Of a DNA stretch of 64,000 bases, positions 1-11,675 are shown one piece after another. Each line of letters opens with the position of its first letter. Position 1 is the first letter of the stretch. Source of the stretch: Rhabdothermincola salaria (GTDB taxonomy: Bacteria; Actinomycetota; Acidimicrobiia; Acidimicrobiales; Acidimicrobilacustridaceae); NCBI RefSeq assembly GCF_021246445.1, contig NZ_JAJQXW010000005.1, positions 1-64,000 of the forward strand, given 5' to 3'. A program made the position numbers and the translations under genes. Below the pieces are notes generated by a model. That model saw nothing but the letters and a program-made list of their open reading frames with translations, searched no databases and was not told where the DNA came from.

Positions 1-99
1 TTGATCGCGCCGATCGCCATGGAAGAGGGTCTGCGTTTCGCCATTCGTGAGGGTGGTCGTACCGTGGGCGCCGGCCGCGTCACCAAGATCATCAAGTAA
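1..99 (+). CDS. tuf: Elongation factor Tu, C-terminal fragment (begins upstream of window)
   Basis: Frame 1 reads [32 protein letters not shown], the EF-Tu C-terminus; directly precedes rpsJ. Confidence 0.97.
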   Translation: MIAPIAMEEGLRFAIREGGRTVGAGRVTKIIK

Positions 100-110
100 C
101 GGAAGCGACC

Positions 111-431
111 ATGGCTGACAAGCAGAAGATCCGTATCCGGCTCAAGGCGTACGACCACGAGATCGTCGACCAGTCGACGAAGAAGATCGTGGAGACGGTG
201 GTGCGCACGAGTGCCTCCGTGCGAGGCCCGGTGCCGCTGCCCACGGAGAAGCACCGCTTCACCGTGATCCGCTCGCCGCACAAGGACAAGGACTCCCGCG
301 AGCACTTCGAGATGCGGATCCACAAACGCCTGCTCGACATCGTCGACCCCACCCCGAAGACCGTCGATTCGCTGCAGCGCCTCGACCTCCCGGCCGGTGT
401 CGACATCGAGATCAAGATCCAGCAGGTCTGA
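111..431 (+). CDS. rpsJ: 30S ribosomal protein S10
   Basis: [11 protein letters not shown]...GPVPLPT...[20 protein letters not shown]. Confidence 0.99.
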   Translation: MADKQKIRIRLKAYDHEIVDQSTKKIVETVVRTSASVRGPVPLPTEKHRFTVIRSPHKDKDSREHFEMRIHKRLLDIVDPTPKTVDSLQRLDLPAGVDIEIKIQQV

Positions 432-462
432 CGCCCGGCGTCGCCCCCGCAACCGACGCGAG

Positions 463-490
463 AGAGCCCGGGTCCGAGGACCCGGGCTCT
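463..490 (+). terminator. Strong hairpin after rpsJ, probable intrinsic terminator
   Basis: AGAGCCCGGGTCC-GA-GGACCCGGGCTCT perfect inverted repeat, short U tail. Confidence 0.7.
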
Positions 491-579
491 TCCGCGTTCG
501 GGGAAGGCGTGCACCTCCCGCCTACGATGCCATCTCGGCTCGACGACACCCGTCGAGCGACTGATCGGGGGAGTGGTTC

Positions 580-1362
580 ATGGGCCGCATGCAGGACAAG
601 GTCGCGCTCGTCACGGGAGGCTCGTCGGGGATCGGTGCCGCCTGTGTGGGCCGCTTCCGCGACGAGGGGGCCTACGTGGTGGCCGCCGACCTGAAGCCGG
701 CGGGGGAGGGGTTCGCCGAGCCCGACCTGTTCGTGGAGTGCGACGTCACCGACGAAGCAGCCGTGCAGGCCGCCGTCGCCGCGGCGACGGAGCACGCCGG
801 ACGGCTCGACACGGTGGTCACCTCGGCCGGGGTCGCCGGCGGCGGTCCGGTGCACTGGGTCGACAGCGCAGCGTGGGACCACGTGCTCGGCGTCAACCTC
901 AAGGGGACCTTCCTCACCGCCAAGCACGCCATCGCCCAGATGCTCACCCAGGAGCCGGTCGACGACGAGCGGGGCTCGGTCATCACCGTGGCCAGCGTCG
1001 AGGGCCTCGAGGGCACCGCCGGCGGGAGCGCCTACAACGCCTCGAAGGGCGGCGTGGTGCTACTCACCAAGAACATGGCCATCGACTACGGCCGCCAGGG
1101 CATCCGGGTCAACGCCATCTGCCCGGGCTTCATCGACACTCCCATGTTCCGCTCCCTCGGGGACCCCGAGAGCGACGAGATGCTCCTGGAGGTCCGCGAG
1201 GAGCACAAGCTGCGCCGCTTCGGCCGCCCCTCCGAACTCGCCGCCGTGGCCCTCTTCCTGGCCTCCCCCGACGCCTCGTTCGTCACCGGCCAGGCCATCG
1301 CCGTCGACGGCGGCTACACCGCCGGCCGCGACCACGGCGTCACCCAGCGCATGGGGCTCTGA
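580..1362 (+). CDS. Short-chain dehydrogenase/reductase (classical SDR)
   Basis: TGGSSGIG, YNASK catalytic motif, IRVNAICPG, VDGG; start could be 589. Confidence 0.93.
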   Translation: MGRMQDKVALVTGGSSGIGAACVGRFRDEGAYVVAADLKPAGEGFAEPDLFVECDVTDEAAVQAAVAAATEHAGRLDTVVTSAGVAGGGPVHWVDSAAWDHVLGVNLKGTFLTAKHAIAQMLTQEPVDDERGSVITVASVEGLEGTAGGSAYNASKGGVVLLTKNMAIDYGRQGIRVNAICPGFIDTPMFRSLGDPESDEMLLEVREEHKLRRFGRPSELAAVALFLASPDASFVTGQAIAVDGGYTAGRDHGVTQRMGL

Positions 1363-1560
1363 CATCTTGCTCCGGTCGGCAAGCCTCCCTGCGCCGGCTT
1401 CGCCGAAACGCGGGGCCGGTCTGAGCCTTCGTCGCTGCGCTCCTGCGGATGTCACGAGTCGTGACATCTTGCTCCGGTCGGCAAGCCTCCCTGCGCCGCC
1501 TTCGGCGAAACGCGAACGCTGACTGAGGCTCCGTCGCTGCGCTCCTCCGCCTGTTGTGAG
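1360..1560. repeat. Two tandem ~102-bp REP/MITE-like units
   Basis: TGACATCTTGCTCCGGTCGGCAAGCCTCCCTGCGCCG at 1360 and 1462; both contain CGTCGCTGCGCTCCT. Confidence 0.9.
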
Positions 1561-1741
1561 TTGACGACCCGCTCCATGGACTCGGGTCTGAGTGGGTTCC
1601 GGGGGGTGGCCCGCACCACTGGTTCTGACGCGCGCACGGGAGCGAGTGCGGCTCGGCGGCCGCACCTTGCGATCGATGAAGGGTTCGTCGGCCCATGCCG
1701 GAGCTCGACGAAGCTGCCGCTCTGAGCGACCGAGCACGTCA

Positions 1742-2059
1742 GGTTCTGGTGCGGGACAGGACCCGCCGGGACCCCGATGACCCGACCAGCGGTGAGTCGG
1801 AGGCGCCAGCGACCCGCCCACGCCGCGTCCCGAGGAGCGCAGCGAGGAGGGCGCCATGGACACGGTTCTGGTGCGGGGACAGGACCCGCCGGGACCCCGA
1901 GGACCCGACCAGCGGTGAGTCGGAGGCGCCAGCGACCCGCCCACGCCGCGTCCCGACGAGCGCAGCGAGGAGGGCGCCATGGACACGGTTCTGGTGCGGG
2001 ACAGGACCCGCCGGGACCCCGATGACCCGACCAGGGGTGAGTCGGAGGCGCCAGCGACC
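1742..2059. repeat. About 2.6 tandem copies of a 122-123-bp unit
   Basis: Near-identical units beginning GGTTCTGGTGCGGG at 1742, 1864 and 1987; third copy truncated. Confidence 0.95.
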
Positions 2060-2065
2060 GCCGGT

Positions 2066-2095
2066 TTGGATTTGTGGGGCGGGGACCGCTATCGT
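2066..2095 (+). promoter_or_regulatory. Putative housekeeping-sigma promoter for the rplC operon
   Basis: TTGGAT-N18-TATCGT about 210 bp upstream of rplC. Confidence 0.45.
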
Positions 2096-2308
2096 GCTCC
2101 CTTCGTGCGTCGGGCTCCCCCCGGAACACCGGCCGCACCTCTTCGTCGTTGTCAACCGACGTCTGCGACGGCCCGCCCCGGTGGGTACCCCGCAGCACAA
2201 CCGAATGGCGCTCCGCCGGGTCCTTCCCGAGCGGAGCGCTCGCGTGAATGCCCCACGTCCGAGTGGGGGAAGACGAACGCTGCATCCCACAGAAAGAACG
2301 TTGCCGGT

Positions 2309-2962
2309 ATGGCGAACAAGGCAGTAGTCGGCGAGAAGGTCGGCATGACCCAGGTCTGGGACGACGACAACCGTGTCGTCCCCGTGACCGTTGTCAGGGT
2401 CGAGCCGATGCGCGTCGTTCAGATCAAGACCAACGAGTCCGACGGGTACAACGCTCTGCAGGTCACCTTCGGCGACCGCGACGCCCGCAAGCTCAACAGC
2501 CCCGATCGGGGTCACTTCGAGACTGCCGGCGTGCAGCCCGGGAAGCGTCTGCTCGAGCTGCGGCTCGACGACGTCTCGGACTACGAGGTCGGCCAGGAGA
2601 TCACGGTCGACACCCTCGTCGCCGGTGAGCTCATCGACGTGACCGCCATCAGCAAGGGCAAGGGCTTCGCCGGCGTCATGAAGCGGCACAACTTCGCCGG
2701 TCAGCGGGCCAGCCACGGTGCCCACCGCGTGCACCGGGCCCCGGGCGCCATCGGCGCCTGCGCCACACCGGCTCGGGTGTTCAAGGGCACCCGCATGGCC
2801 GGTCGCATGGGCGCCGAGAAGGTCACCACGCTGAACCTGAAGGTGGTCTCGGCCGACGCCGAGAAGAACCTCCTGCTGGTGCGGGGCGCCGTACCCGGAC
2901 CGAAGGGCGGCCTCGTGGTCATCCGTGATGCCGTGAAGGCTGCGACCAAGGGTGGTGCGTGA
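2309..2962 (+). CDS. rplC: 50S ribosomal protein L3
   Basis: [10 protein letters not shown]...[15 protein letters not shown]...[10 protein letters not shown] 2309 chosen over the ORF-track start inside the repeat. Confidence 0.98.
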   Translation: MANKAVVGEKVGMTQVWDDDNRVVPVTVVRVEPMRVVQIKTNESDGYNALQVTFGDRDARKLNSPDRGHFETAGVQPGKRLLELRLDDVSDYEVGQEITVDTLVAGELIDVTAISKGKGFAGVMKRHNFAGQRASHGAHRVHRAPGAIGACATPARVFKGTRMAGRMGAEKVTTLNLKVVSADAEKNLLLVRGAVPGPKGGLVVIRDAVKAATKGGA

Positions 2963-3600
2963 TGGCGTCGGTGACCGTCAAGACCTCGTCCGGCGCCGAT
3001 GCCGGCACGGTCGACCTCGATGAGGCGATCTTCGGCATCGAGCCGAACGTCCCGGTCATGCACCAGGTCGTGACCGCCCAGCTCGCCGCCCGACGGGCCG
3101 GCACCCAGAGCACCAAGACCCGCGCCGAGGTTCGTGGCGGCGGGGCCAAGCCCTGGAAGCAGAAGGGCACCGGCCGGGCCCGGGCGGGCTCCACCCGCAG
3201 CCCCATCTGGATCGGTGGCGGCGTGGCCCATGCGCCCAAGCCCCGCTCCTACGCCCAGCGCACCCCCAAGAAGATGATCCGCCTGGCGCTGCGCTCGGCC
3301 CTGTCCGACCGTGCCGCCGAGGGCAACGTCCACGTCGTCGCCGAGTGGGGCTTCGACACCCCGAGCACCAAGGGCGCCATCGCCGCCCTGGCCGCTCTCG
3401 GCGCCGAGGGCCGCGTGCTCGTGGTGCTCTCCCGTGACGACGTCGTCGCCTACAAGAGCTTCCGCAACCTCCAGAACGTCCACGTCCTCGAGGTCGGCGA
3501 GCTCAACACCTACGACGTGCTCGTGAACGACTGCGTCGTGTTCACCAGCCAGACCCTGCCGACGGCCACGCCGACGGCCGATGCCGAGGCAGCCTCGTGA
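2962..3600 (+). CDS. rplD: 50S ribosomal protein L4
   Basis: [31 protein letters not shown]. Confidence 0.98.
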   Translation: MASVTVKTSSGADAGTVDLDEAIFGIEPNVPVMHQVVTAQLAARRAGTQSTKTRAEVRGGGAKPWKQKGTGRARAGSTRSPIWIGGGVAHAPKPRSYAQRTPKKMIRLALRSALSDRAAEGNVHVVAEWGFDTPSTKGAIAALAALGAEGRVLVVLSRDDVVAYKSFRNLQNVHVLEVGELNTYDVLVNDCVVFTSQTLPTATPTADAEAAS

Positions 3601-3887
3601 AGAACCCACGCGACGTCATCATCCGACCGGTGGTGAGCGAGAAGAGCTACGGCCTGCTCGACGCCAACGTCTACACCTTCATCGTGCATCCCGAGGCCTC
3701 CAAGCCCGAGATCCACGACGCCATCGAGTCGATCTTCGATGTGCGCGTCCTGAAGGTGAACACCCTCAACCGCAACGGCAAGCGCAAGCGCAACCGTCGC
3801 ACCGGTACCTGGGGGTCCCGACCCGACACCAAGCGCGCCTTCGTCACCCTCGCCGACGGCGACCGCATCGATCTGTTCGAGGGGTAG
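3597..3887 (+). CDS. rplW: 50S ribosomal protein L23
   Basis: [10 protein letters not shown]...KVNTLN..GKRKR; operon position. Confidence 0.97.
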   Translation: MKNPRDVIIRPVVSEKSYGLLDANVYTFIVHPEASKPEIHDAIESIFDVRVLKVNTLNRNGKRKRNRRTGTWGSRPDTKRAFVTLADGDRIDLFEG

Positions 3888-3893
3888 GACACG

Positions 3894-4730
3894 ATGGCTC
3901 TCCGCAAGCGCAAGCCCACCAGCGCCGGCCGCCGGTTCCAGACGGTCTCGGACTTCTCCGAGATCACCTCGACCGAGCCCGAGCGCTCCCTGCTGGCCCC
4001 CAAGTCCAAGACCGGCGGCCGCAACAGCTACGGCCGCAAGACCGCCCGCCACAAGGGTGGCGGCCACAAGCAGCGCTACCGCGTGGTCGACTTCCGTCGC
4101 ACCAAGGACGGCGTGCCCGCCTCGGTGGCCACGATCGAGTACGACCCCAACCGCACCTGTCGCATCGCCCTGCTGCACTACCACGACGGCGAGAAGCGCT
4201 ACATCCTGGCGCCACGCGACGTGAAGGTCGGCGACGTGCTCCAGAGCGGCCAGGGCGCCGACATCCGCCCCGGCAATGCCCTGCCGCTGCGCTACATCCC
4301 GGTCGGTACCGTGATCCACAACGTCGAGCTCAAGCCCGGCGGCGGCGGCAAGATGGCCCGCAGCGCCGGTGCGAGCGTCCAGCTCGTGGCCAAGGAAGGC
4401 GACTTCGCCACCCTGCGCCTCCCGTCCACCGAGATGCGCCGCGTGCCGATCGACTGCCGGGGCACGGTGGGTGAGGTCGGCAACGCCGAGCACGAGCTCA
4501 TCAAGATCGGAAAGGCCGGCCGCAACCGCTGGAAGGGCGTCCGCCCCCAGACCCGTGGTGTGGCCATGAACCCGGTCGACCATCCCCACGGCGGTGGCGA
4601 GGGCAAGACCTCGGGTGGTCGTCACCCGGTGTCCCCCTGGGGCCAGCCAGAGGGCCGAACCCGCGACAAGAACAAGCCGTCGCAGAAGCTCATCGTCCGC
4701 CGACGCCGCACCCGCGGCTCGCGCCGATAG
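3894..4730 (+). CDS. rplB: 50S ribosomal protein L2
   Basis: [24 protein letters not shown]. Confidence 0.99.
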   Translation: MALRKRKPTSAGRRFQTVSDFSEITSTEPERSLLAPKSKTGGRNSYGRKTARHKGGGHKQRYRVVDFRRTKDGVPASVATIEYDPNRTCRIALLHYHDGEKRYILAPRDVKVGDVLQSGQGADIRPGNALPLRYIPVGTVIHNVELKPGGGGKMARSAGASVQLVAKEGDFATLRLPSTEMRRVPIDCRGTVGEVGNAEHELIKIGKAGRNRWKGVRPQTRGVAMNPVDHPHGGGEGKTSGGRHPVSPWGQPEGRTRDKNKPSQKLIVRRRRTRGSRR

Positions 4731-4745
4731 GGAGAGACGCCGAAC

Positions 4746-5024
4746 ATGCCTCGCAGCCTCAAGAAGGGCCCGTTCGTCGACGACCACCTGCTCAAGAAGG
4801 TCGACGATCTGAACGACAAGAACGAAAAGCGCGTGATCAAGACCTGGTCGCGTCGCTCCACGGTCATCCCCGAGATGGTCGGTCACACCATCGCCGTCCA
4901 CGACGGCCGCAAGCACGTGCCGGTGTACATCACCGAGTCGATGGTCGGGCACAAGCTCGGCGAGTTCGCCCCGACGCGCACGTTCAAGTTCCATGCCGGC
5001 CAAGAGAAGAAGGGACGCCGCTGA
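4746..5024 (+). CDS. rpsS: 30S ribosomal protein S19
   Basis: [12 protein letters not shown]...[11 protein letters not shown]. Confidence 0.99.
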   Translation: MPRSLKKGPFVDDHLLKKVDDLNDKNEKRVIKTWSRRSTVIPEMVGHTIAVHDGRKHVPVYITESMVGHKLGEFAPTRTFKFHAGQEKKGRR

Positions 5025-5766
5025 TGGCCTTCGGCGTCAAGACGAACGAGCGCCCCGGCGTGCGCTCCCAGGTGCGCCACGTGCGCACCTCGGCCTACAA
5101 GGCCCGCGAGGTGCTCGACCTGATCCGCGGCCTTCCCGCGGCCCGGGCCCTCGAGGTGCTCGAGTTCTCCGAGCGCGACATCGCCCGCACCATCCTCAAG
5201 TGCCTCGAGTCGGCCATCGCCAACGCCGAGCACAACAACTCGATCCCCGCCGACGAGCTCTTCGTCTCTGCGTGCTACGCCGACGAGGGTCCGACGATGA
5301 AGCGCTGGCGCCCCCGGGCCCGCGGCCGGGCCACCCGGATCCGCAAGCGCACCACCCACATCACCATCATCGTGAGCCGTCTCGAGCCGGAGGCCCTCGC
5401 CGCCCTGCGCGAGCGGGAGGCGTCCACCGGGGCCGGCCGCACCGGTCGGGCCGCCGCCGACGCTCGCCGTGAGCGGGTGGCGCGCAGCCGCCAGGCCAAG
5501 GCCGAGCGCAAGACCGACGACCACGACCACGACCACGATCACGACCACGATCACGATCACGATCACGACGAGGCCAACGAGGCCGATGTGGCCGAGCAGG
5601 CGCAGCCGGCCACGGCCGAGCCGACGCCCGACGTGGTCGACGACGTGGCGACCGACGAGGCCAACGAGGCCGACGTCGCCGAACAGGCCGAGCCGGCCAC
5701 GGCCGAGCCGACCCCTGCCGACGAGCAGGCGGATGCGGCCGCCGAGGCCGAAGGGAAGGACAGCTG

Positions 5767-5767
<1 letters not shown>
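5024..5767 (+). CDS. rplV: 50S ribosomal protein L22 with long acidic/His-rich C-terminal extension
   Basis: L22 core ([32 protein letters not shown]) plus ~125 extra residues. Confidence 0.97.
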
Positions 5768-6693
<926 letters not shown>

Positions 6694-6696
6694 ATC

Positions 6697-7113
6697 ATGT
6701 TGATGCCCAGGAAGGTCAAGCACCGCAAGCAGCAGCGCGGTCGTCTCAAGGGGAAGGCCAAGGGTGGCACCGATGTCACCTTCGGCGACTACGGCATCCA
6801 GGCCCTCGAGCCCGGGTGGATCACCGCCCGCCAGATCGAGGCCGCCCGTATCGCCATGACCCGCCACATCAAGCGTGGCGGCAAGGTCTGGATCAACGTG
6901 TTCCCGGACAAGCCGGTCACCCAGAAGCCGGCCGAGACCCGCATGGGGTCGGGCAAGGGCAACCCCGAGAAGTGGGTCGCCGTCGTCAAGCCCGGCCGCA
7001 TCCTGTTCGAGCTGTCCTACAACGACCCCGAGATCGCCCGTGCGGCCATCGAGCGGGCCATCCAGAAGCTGCCGATCAAGGCCCGCTTCGTCGTCCGGGA
7101 GGAGGGGTTCTGA
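6697..7113 (+). CDS. rplP: 50S ribosomal protein L16
   Basis: [21 protein letters not shown]. Confidence 0.99.
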   Translation: MLMPRKVKHRKQQRGRLKGKAKGGTDVTFGDYGIQALEPGWITARQIEAARIAMTRHIKRGGKVWINVFPDKPVTQKPAETRMGSGKGNPEKWVAVVKPGRILFELSYNDPEIARAAIERAIQKLPIKARFVVREEGF

Positions 7114-7346
7114 TGGCCAAGACCAAGGAATCACTTCGCGACGTCAGTGACACCGAGCTCTTCACCAAGCTCGCCGAGGCCAAGGAAGAGCTGTTCAACC
7201 TGCGCTTCCAGAACGTCACCGGCCAGCTGGAGAACTCGTCACGGCTCGGCATCGTGCGCAAGCAGATCGCCCGGCTCAACACTGAGCTCCGGGAACGTGA
7301 GATCGCCGCCGCCGAGGCGCTGGCGGCCCAAGAGGAGACCGACTGA
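7113..7346 (+). CDS. rpmC: 50S ribosomal protein L29
   Basis: [16 protein letters not shown]...[16 protein letters not shown] overlaps rplP stop. Confidence 0.97.
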   Translation: MAKTKESLRDVSDTELFTKLAEAKEELFNLRFQNVTGQLENSSRLGIVRKQIARLNTELREREIAAAEALAAQEETD

Positions 7347-7630
7347 TGGCTGACGAGACCGCGGCCACCGCTGAGACCCGCCCGAACCCCCGCAAGACCC
7401 GCGAGGGACTCGTCGTTTCGGCGGCCATGGACAAGACGGCGGTCGTCGCCGTCACCGACCGGGTGCGTCACCCCCGGTACAACAAGACCGTCCAGCGCAC
7501 CGCCCGGCTGTACGTGCACGACGAGGCCAACGACCTCAACGTGGGCGACCGGGTGCGCATCCAGGAGACCCGGCCGCTGTCGAAGCTCAAGCGCTGGCGC
7601 CTCCTCGACGTGGTGGAGCGTGCCCGATGA
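7346..7630 (+). CDS. rpsQ: 30S ribosomal protein S17
   Basis: [11 protein letters not shown]...[13 protein letters not shown]. Confidence 0.98.
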   Translation: MADETAATAETRPNPRKTREGLVVSAAMDKTAVVAVTDRVRHPRYNKTVQRTARLYVHDEANDLNVGDRVRIQETRPLSKLKRWRLLDVVERAR

Positions 7631-7995
7631 TCCAACAGGAGAGCCGACTTCGCGTCGCCGACAACAGCGGCGCCAAGGAGGTGCTGTGCATCAAGGTGCT
7701 CGGCGGCTCCCGTCGTCGCTACGCCTCCATCGGTGACGTCTTCGTGGCCACCGTCAAGGACGCCATGCCCGGTGCCGCCGTCAAGAAGGGCGACGTCGTC
7801 AAGTGCGTCGTGGTGCGGGTGAAGAAGGAGAAGCGTCGTCCGGACGGCTCCTACATCCGCTTCGACGAGAACGCCGCCGTGCTCATCAACGACAACATGC
7901 AGCCACGGGGCACCCGCATCTTCGGGCCCGTGGGGCGCGAGCTGCGCGACAAGAAGTTCATGCGCATCGTGTCGCTGGCACCGGAGGTGCTGTGA
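7627..7995 (+). CDS. rplN: 50S ribosomal protein L14
   Basis: VADNSGAK...[13 protein letters not shown]. Confidence 0.99.
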   Translation: MIQQESRLRVADNSGAKEVLCIKVLGGSRRRYASIGDVFVATVKDAMPGAAVKKGDVVKCVVVRVKKEKRRPDGSYIRFDENAAVLINDNMQPRGTRIFGPVGRELRDKKFMRIVSLAPEVL

Positions 7996-8306
7996 TGAAG
8001 ATCCGCAAGGGTGACCGTGTCCAGGTCCTGACCGGCAAGGACCGGGGCAAGACCGGCGTCGTCAGCCGATCCATCCCCGACCGGGGCAAGGTGATCGTCG
8101 ACGGCGTGAACATCGCCAAGAAGCACCAGAAGCCCACCAGCGCCACGACCCAGGGCGGCATCATCGACAAGGAGATGCCGATCCCGGTGGCCAACGTGGC
8201 CATCATCTGCAACTCGTGCGGCAAGCCGACCCGCATCGGCTACCGCATCGAGGGCGACGGGTCGAAGGTGCGCATCTGCCGCAAGTGTGAGGGTGATCTG
8301 TCGTGA
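7995..8306 (+). CDS. rplX: 50S ribosomal protein L24
   Basis: [21 protein letters not shown]; carries CxxC..CxxC. Confidence 0.98.
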   Translation: MKIRKGDRVQVLTGKDRGKTGVVSRSIPDRGKVIVDGVNIAKKHQKPTSATTQGGIIDKEMPIPVANVAIICNSCGKPTRIGYRIEGDGSKVRICRKCEGDLS

Positions 8307-8875
8307 CCGCCGCAACCGCCACCGTGCCGCGCCTCAAGCAGCGCTACAACGACGAGGTCCGGGCGTCGCTCAAGGAGCAGCTCGGCCTCGAGAACATCAT
8401 GCAGGTCCCGCGCTTCGAGAAGATCGTCCTCAACTCGGGCGTGGGTCAGGCCCTGCAACAGCAGTCCCTGATCGAAGGGGCCGTGCGAGACCTCGAGGCC
8501 ATCACCGGCCAGAAGGTCGTGGTCACCAAGGCCAAGAACTCCATCGCCGGCTTCAAGCTCCGCGAGGGCAACGCCATCGGCGTGAAGGTCACCCTCCGGG
8601 GCGATCGCATGTGGGAGTTCCTCGACCGGCTGATCAGCCTGGCCATCCCCCGCATCCGCGACTTCCGAGGCCTTCCGGCCACGTCGTTCGACGGCCGGGG
8701 CAACTACACGTTCGGTGTCTCCGAGCAGCTCATGTTCCCGGAGATCGAGTACGACAAGATCGACGTCCCTCGCGGCTTCGACATCACGATCGTCACCACC
8801 GCCCGTTCCAACGCCGAGGGCAAGGCCCTGCTCGATGCCTTCGGCTTCCCGTTCAAGCGTGAGGGGCAGCAGTAA
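8303..8875 (+). CDS. rplE: 50S ribosomal protein L5
   Basis: [16 protein letters not shown]. Confidence 0.99.
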   Translation: MTAATATVPRLKQRYNDEVRASLKEQLGLENIMQVPRFEKIVLNSGVGQALQQQSLIEGAVRDLEAITGQKVVVTKAKNSIAGFKLREGNAIGVKVTLRGDRMWEFLDRLISLAIPRIRDFRGLPATSFDGRGNYTFGVSEQLMFPEIEYDKIDVPRGFDITIVTTARSNAEGKALLDAFGFPFKREGQQ

Positions 8876-9060
8876 TGGCCAAGAAGGCGCTCATCAACAA
8901 GCAGCAGCGCACACCCAAGTTCAAGGTGCGTGGCTACACCCGCTGCCAGCGCTGCGGTCGTCCGCACGCCGTCTACCGCAAGTTCCTGCTGTGCCGCGTG
9001 TGCCTACGCGAGCTCGGCCACGCCGGGGAGATCCCCGGCCTCAAGAAGGCCAGCTGGTGA
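8875..9060 (+). CDS. rpsN: 30S ribosomal protein S14, type Z (zinc-binding, 61 aa)
   Basis: RCQRCGR...[18 protein letters not shown]. Confidence 0.98.
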   Translation: MAKKALINKQQRTPKFKVRGYTRCQRCGRPHAVYRKFLLCRVCLRELGHAGEIPGLKKASW

Positions 9061-9073
9061 AGGAGGCCGTTCG

Positions 9074-9478
9074 ATGACCATGACCGACCCCATCGCCGAC
9101 ATGCTGACCCGCATCCGCAACGCCAACACGGCGATGCACGATGACGTTCGCATGCCCTCTTCCAAGGTGAAGGAAGCTCTCGCCACCCTCCTGTTGAAGG
9201 AGGGCTACATCGAGGACTTCACCGTCGCCGACGACCCCGGTCGTCCGGGACGGGTCCTCACCGTCACCATGAAGTACTCCCCCGAGCGCAAGCGCGTGAT
9301 CTCCGGGGTGAAGCGCGTGTCCAAGCCGGGCCTGCGCGTCTACATCAAGGCCGACAAGATCCCTCGGGTTCTCGGCGGCCTCGGTGTGGCAGTCCTGTCC
9401 ACCAGCCAGGGGCTCATGACCGACCGTGAGGCGCGCAAGCGCCGCATGGGCGGCGAGATCCTCTGCTACGTCTGGTAG
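9074..9478 (+). CDS. rpsH: 30S ribosomal protein S8
   Basis: [17 protein letters not shown]...SKPGLRVY. Confidence 0.99.
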   Translation: MTMTDPIADMLTRIRNANTAMHDDVRMPSSKVKEALATLLLKEGYIEDFTVADDPGRPGRVLTVTMKYSPERKRVISGVKRVSKPGLRVYIKADKIPRVLGGLGVAVLSTSQGLMTDREARKRRMGGEILCYVW

Positions 9479-9488
9479 AGGAGCCACC

Positions 9489-10028
9489 ATGTCCCGAATC
9501 GGACGCGCTCCGATCCCCGTGCCCGCCGGTGTCGACGTCACCGTCGCCGGTCGCCACATCACCGTCAAGGGCCCCAAGGGCACCCTCGAACGCGACATCC
9601 CCGAGCTGATCACGGTGCGCCAGGACGAGGGCCAGCTCCTCGTCGAGCGCCCCAACGACGAGCGCGAGAGCCGGGCCCTGCACGGGCTGGTCCGCTCGCT
9701 GGTCAACAACATGGTCGTCGGTGTGAGCGAGGGCTTCCGCAAGGACCTCGACATCGTGGGTGTCGGCTACCGCGCCACCGCCAAGGGCAACGACGCGCTC
9801 GAGCTGGCGCTCGGCTTCAGCCACCCGGTCAGCGTCAAGGCCCCCGAGGGCATCACCTTCGAGGTGGCCAGCCCCACCACCATCGGCGTCGTCGGCGTCG
9901 ACAAGGAAGCCGTGGGCCAGGTCGCCGCCAACATTCGAGCCATCCGCAAGCCCGAGCCCTACAAGGGCAAGGGCGTCCGGTACCGCGACGAGCACGTGGT
10001 CCGCAAGGCGGGCAAGGCCGGGAAGTAG
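9489..10028 (+). CDS. rplF: 50S ribosomal protein L6
   Basis: MSRIGRAPI...[11 protein letters not shown]. Confidence 0.99.
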   Translation: MSRIGRAPIPVPAGVDVTVAGRHITVKGPKGTLERDIPELITVRQDEGQLLVERPNDERESRALHGLVRSLVNNMVVGVSEGFRKDLDIVGVGYRATAKGNDALELALGFSHPVSVKAPEGITFEVASPTTIGVVGVDKEAVGQVAANIRAIRKPEPYKGKGVRYRDEHVVRKAGKAGK

Positions 10029-10033
10029 GAACC

Positions 10034-10399
10034 ATGAGTGACAGTGCCAAGCAGAAGCGTGACGCCCGGCTCCGCCGCCATCGCCGCGTGCGCAAGCACG
10101 TCCGGGGCACGACCGAACGGCCGCGCCTCGCGGTGTTCCGGTCCAACCGTCACATCACCGCCCAGGTGATCGACGACACCAGCGGGCGCACCCTCGCCTC
10201 CGCCTCCACCATCGAGGCCACCGTCGGTGCCGAGGGCACCGGCAACATCGCCGCCGCCACCGAGGTGGGCCGACTCGTCGCCGAGCGGGCCAAGACCGCC
10301 GGTGTCGACAAGGTCGTCTTCGACCGAGGCGGCTTCCTCTACCACGGCCGCGTGGCCGCAGTGGCCGACGCCGCCCGAGACGCGGGACTGGAGTTCTGA
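10034..10399 (+). CDS. rplR: 50S ribosomal protein L18
   Basis: [23 protein letters not shown]. Confidence 0.99.
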   Translation: MSDSAKQKRDARLRRHRRVRKHVRGTTERPRLAVFRSNRHITAQVIDDTSGRTLASASTIEATVGAEGTGNIAAATEVGRLVAERAKTAGVDKVVFDRGGFLYHGRVAAVADAARDAGLEF

Positions 10400-10965
10400 T
10401 GGCCCCCAACGACTTCGACGCCCTCCCCCTGCGGGAGTCACGCGTCATCAACATCAACCGAGTGGCCAAGGTCGTGAAGGGTGGCCGTCGCTTCTCCTTC
10501 ACCGCCCTCGTGGTGATCGGCGACGGTGCCGGCCACGTCGGCCTCGGCTACGGCAAGGCCAAGGAGGTGCCCCTCGCCATCCAGAAGGGCACCGAGGAGG
10601 CGCGCAAGAACCTCTTCGCCGTCCCGCTGGCCGGTTCCACCATCACCCACCCCATCCTCGGCCGCATGGGTGCCGGACGCGTGCTGCTCAAGCCGGCGGC
10701 GCCCGGTACCGGCGTCATCGCCGGTGGCGCGGCTCGCGCCATCCTCGAAGAAGCCGGCATCCACGACGTGCTCTGCAAGTCCCTGGGCTCGTCGAACCAC
10801 ATCAACGTGGCCCGGGCCACCATCGCCGGTCTCCAGGAGCTCAAGCGCCCCGACGAGATCGCCAAGCTCCGGGGGCTGTCGCCCGAGGAGTTCGTGCCCA
10901 AGGGCCTGCTCGAGGCCTACAAGGAATCCGAGCGGGGCCCGCACGTGCCGAACGAGGTCGCGTGA
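10399..10965 (+). CDS. rpsE: 30S ribosomal protein S5
   Basis: [21 protein letters not shown]. Confidence 0.99.
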   Translation: MAPNDFDALPLRESRVININRVAKVVKGGRRFSFTALVVIGDGAGHVGLGYGKAKEVPLAIQKGTEEARKNLFAVPLAGSTITHPILGRMGAGRVLLKPAAPGTGVIAGGAARAILEEAGIHDVLCKSLGSSNHINVARATIAGLQELKRPDEIAKLRGLSPEEFVPKGLLEAYKESERGPHVPNEVA

Positions 10966-11159
10966 TGTCCGCCCTCAAGGTGACCCAGGTGAAGTCCTCC
11001 ATCGGCACCAAGCCGAAGCACCGAGGCACCCTGCGGGCTCTCGGGCTGCGCGGGATCGGCAAGACCAACACCCTGCCCGACCGCCCCGAGATCCGCGGCA
11101 TGATCGCCCGGGTGCCCCACCTCGTGACCGTCGAAGAGATCAAGGACGATGCGTCGTGA
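10965..11159 (+). CDS. rpmD: 50S ribosomal protein L30
   Basis: LKVTQVKSSIG...TLRALGLR...IRGMIARVPHLV. Confidence 0.97.
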   Translation: MSALKVTQVKSSIGTKPKHRGTLRALGLRGIGKTNTLPDRPEIRGMIARVPHLVTVEEIKDDAS

Positions 11160-11644
11160 AGATCCATGACCTCAAGCCCGCTGAAGGGTCCAACCGGGCG
11201 CGCAAGCGCGTCGGACGCGGCATCGGTGGCAAGGGCGGCAAGACCGCAGGCCGAGGCACCAAGGGCCAGCGGGCTCGCGGCAGCGTGCCCGCCGGATTCG
11301 AGGGCGGGCAGATGCCGCTGCACATGCGGGTGCCCAAGCTGCGAGGCTTCAACAACCCGTTCCGGGTCGAGTACCAGGCTCTCAACCTCGACGTCATCGA
11401 CGAGTCGGGCCTCGACGTGGTCGATCCCGAGGCGCTGCTGGCCAAGAGCCTCGTCGGCAAGGGCTCGCTGGTGAAGGTGCTCGGTCGCGGGGAGATCACC
11501 CGTGCGGTCACGGTGAAGGCCCACGCCTTCTCCAAGTCGGCCGAGGCGGCCATCCGCGCTGCGGGGGGTACTGTCGAGATCCTTCCGCTGCCCTGGGGCG
11601 ACCGTCGGCCGCCCGCCCAGGGCAACCACCTGACCAACCGCTGA
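11156..11644 (+). CDS. rplO: 50S ribosomal protein L15
   Basis: KRVGRGIGGKGGKTAGRGTKGQ, GFEGGQMPL; GTG start. Confidence 0.98.
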   Translation: MKIHDLKPAEGSNRARKRVGRGIGGKGGKTAGRGTKGQRARGSVPAGFEGGQMPLHMRVPKLRGFNNPFRVEYQALNLDVIDESGLDVVDPEALLAKSLVGKGSLVKVLGRGEITRAVTVKAHAFSKSAEAAIRAAGGTVEILPLPWGDRRPPAQGNHLTNR

Positions 11645-11675
11645 GCCGCGCGACGGCCCGGCAGGAGCCACAACG

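Noticed and set aside
1360..2059. CRISPR array
   Set aside because: Units are 102-123 bp and similar over their whole length, with no unique spacers; no cas genes in the window
1979..2308. 110-aa N-terminal extension of L3 in the ORF track
   Set aside because: It starts inside a repeat and is low-complexity; L3 homology begins at ATG 2309
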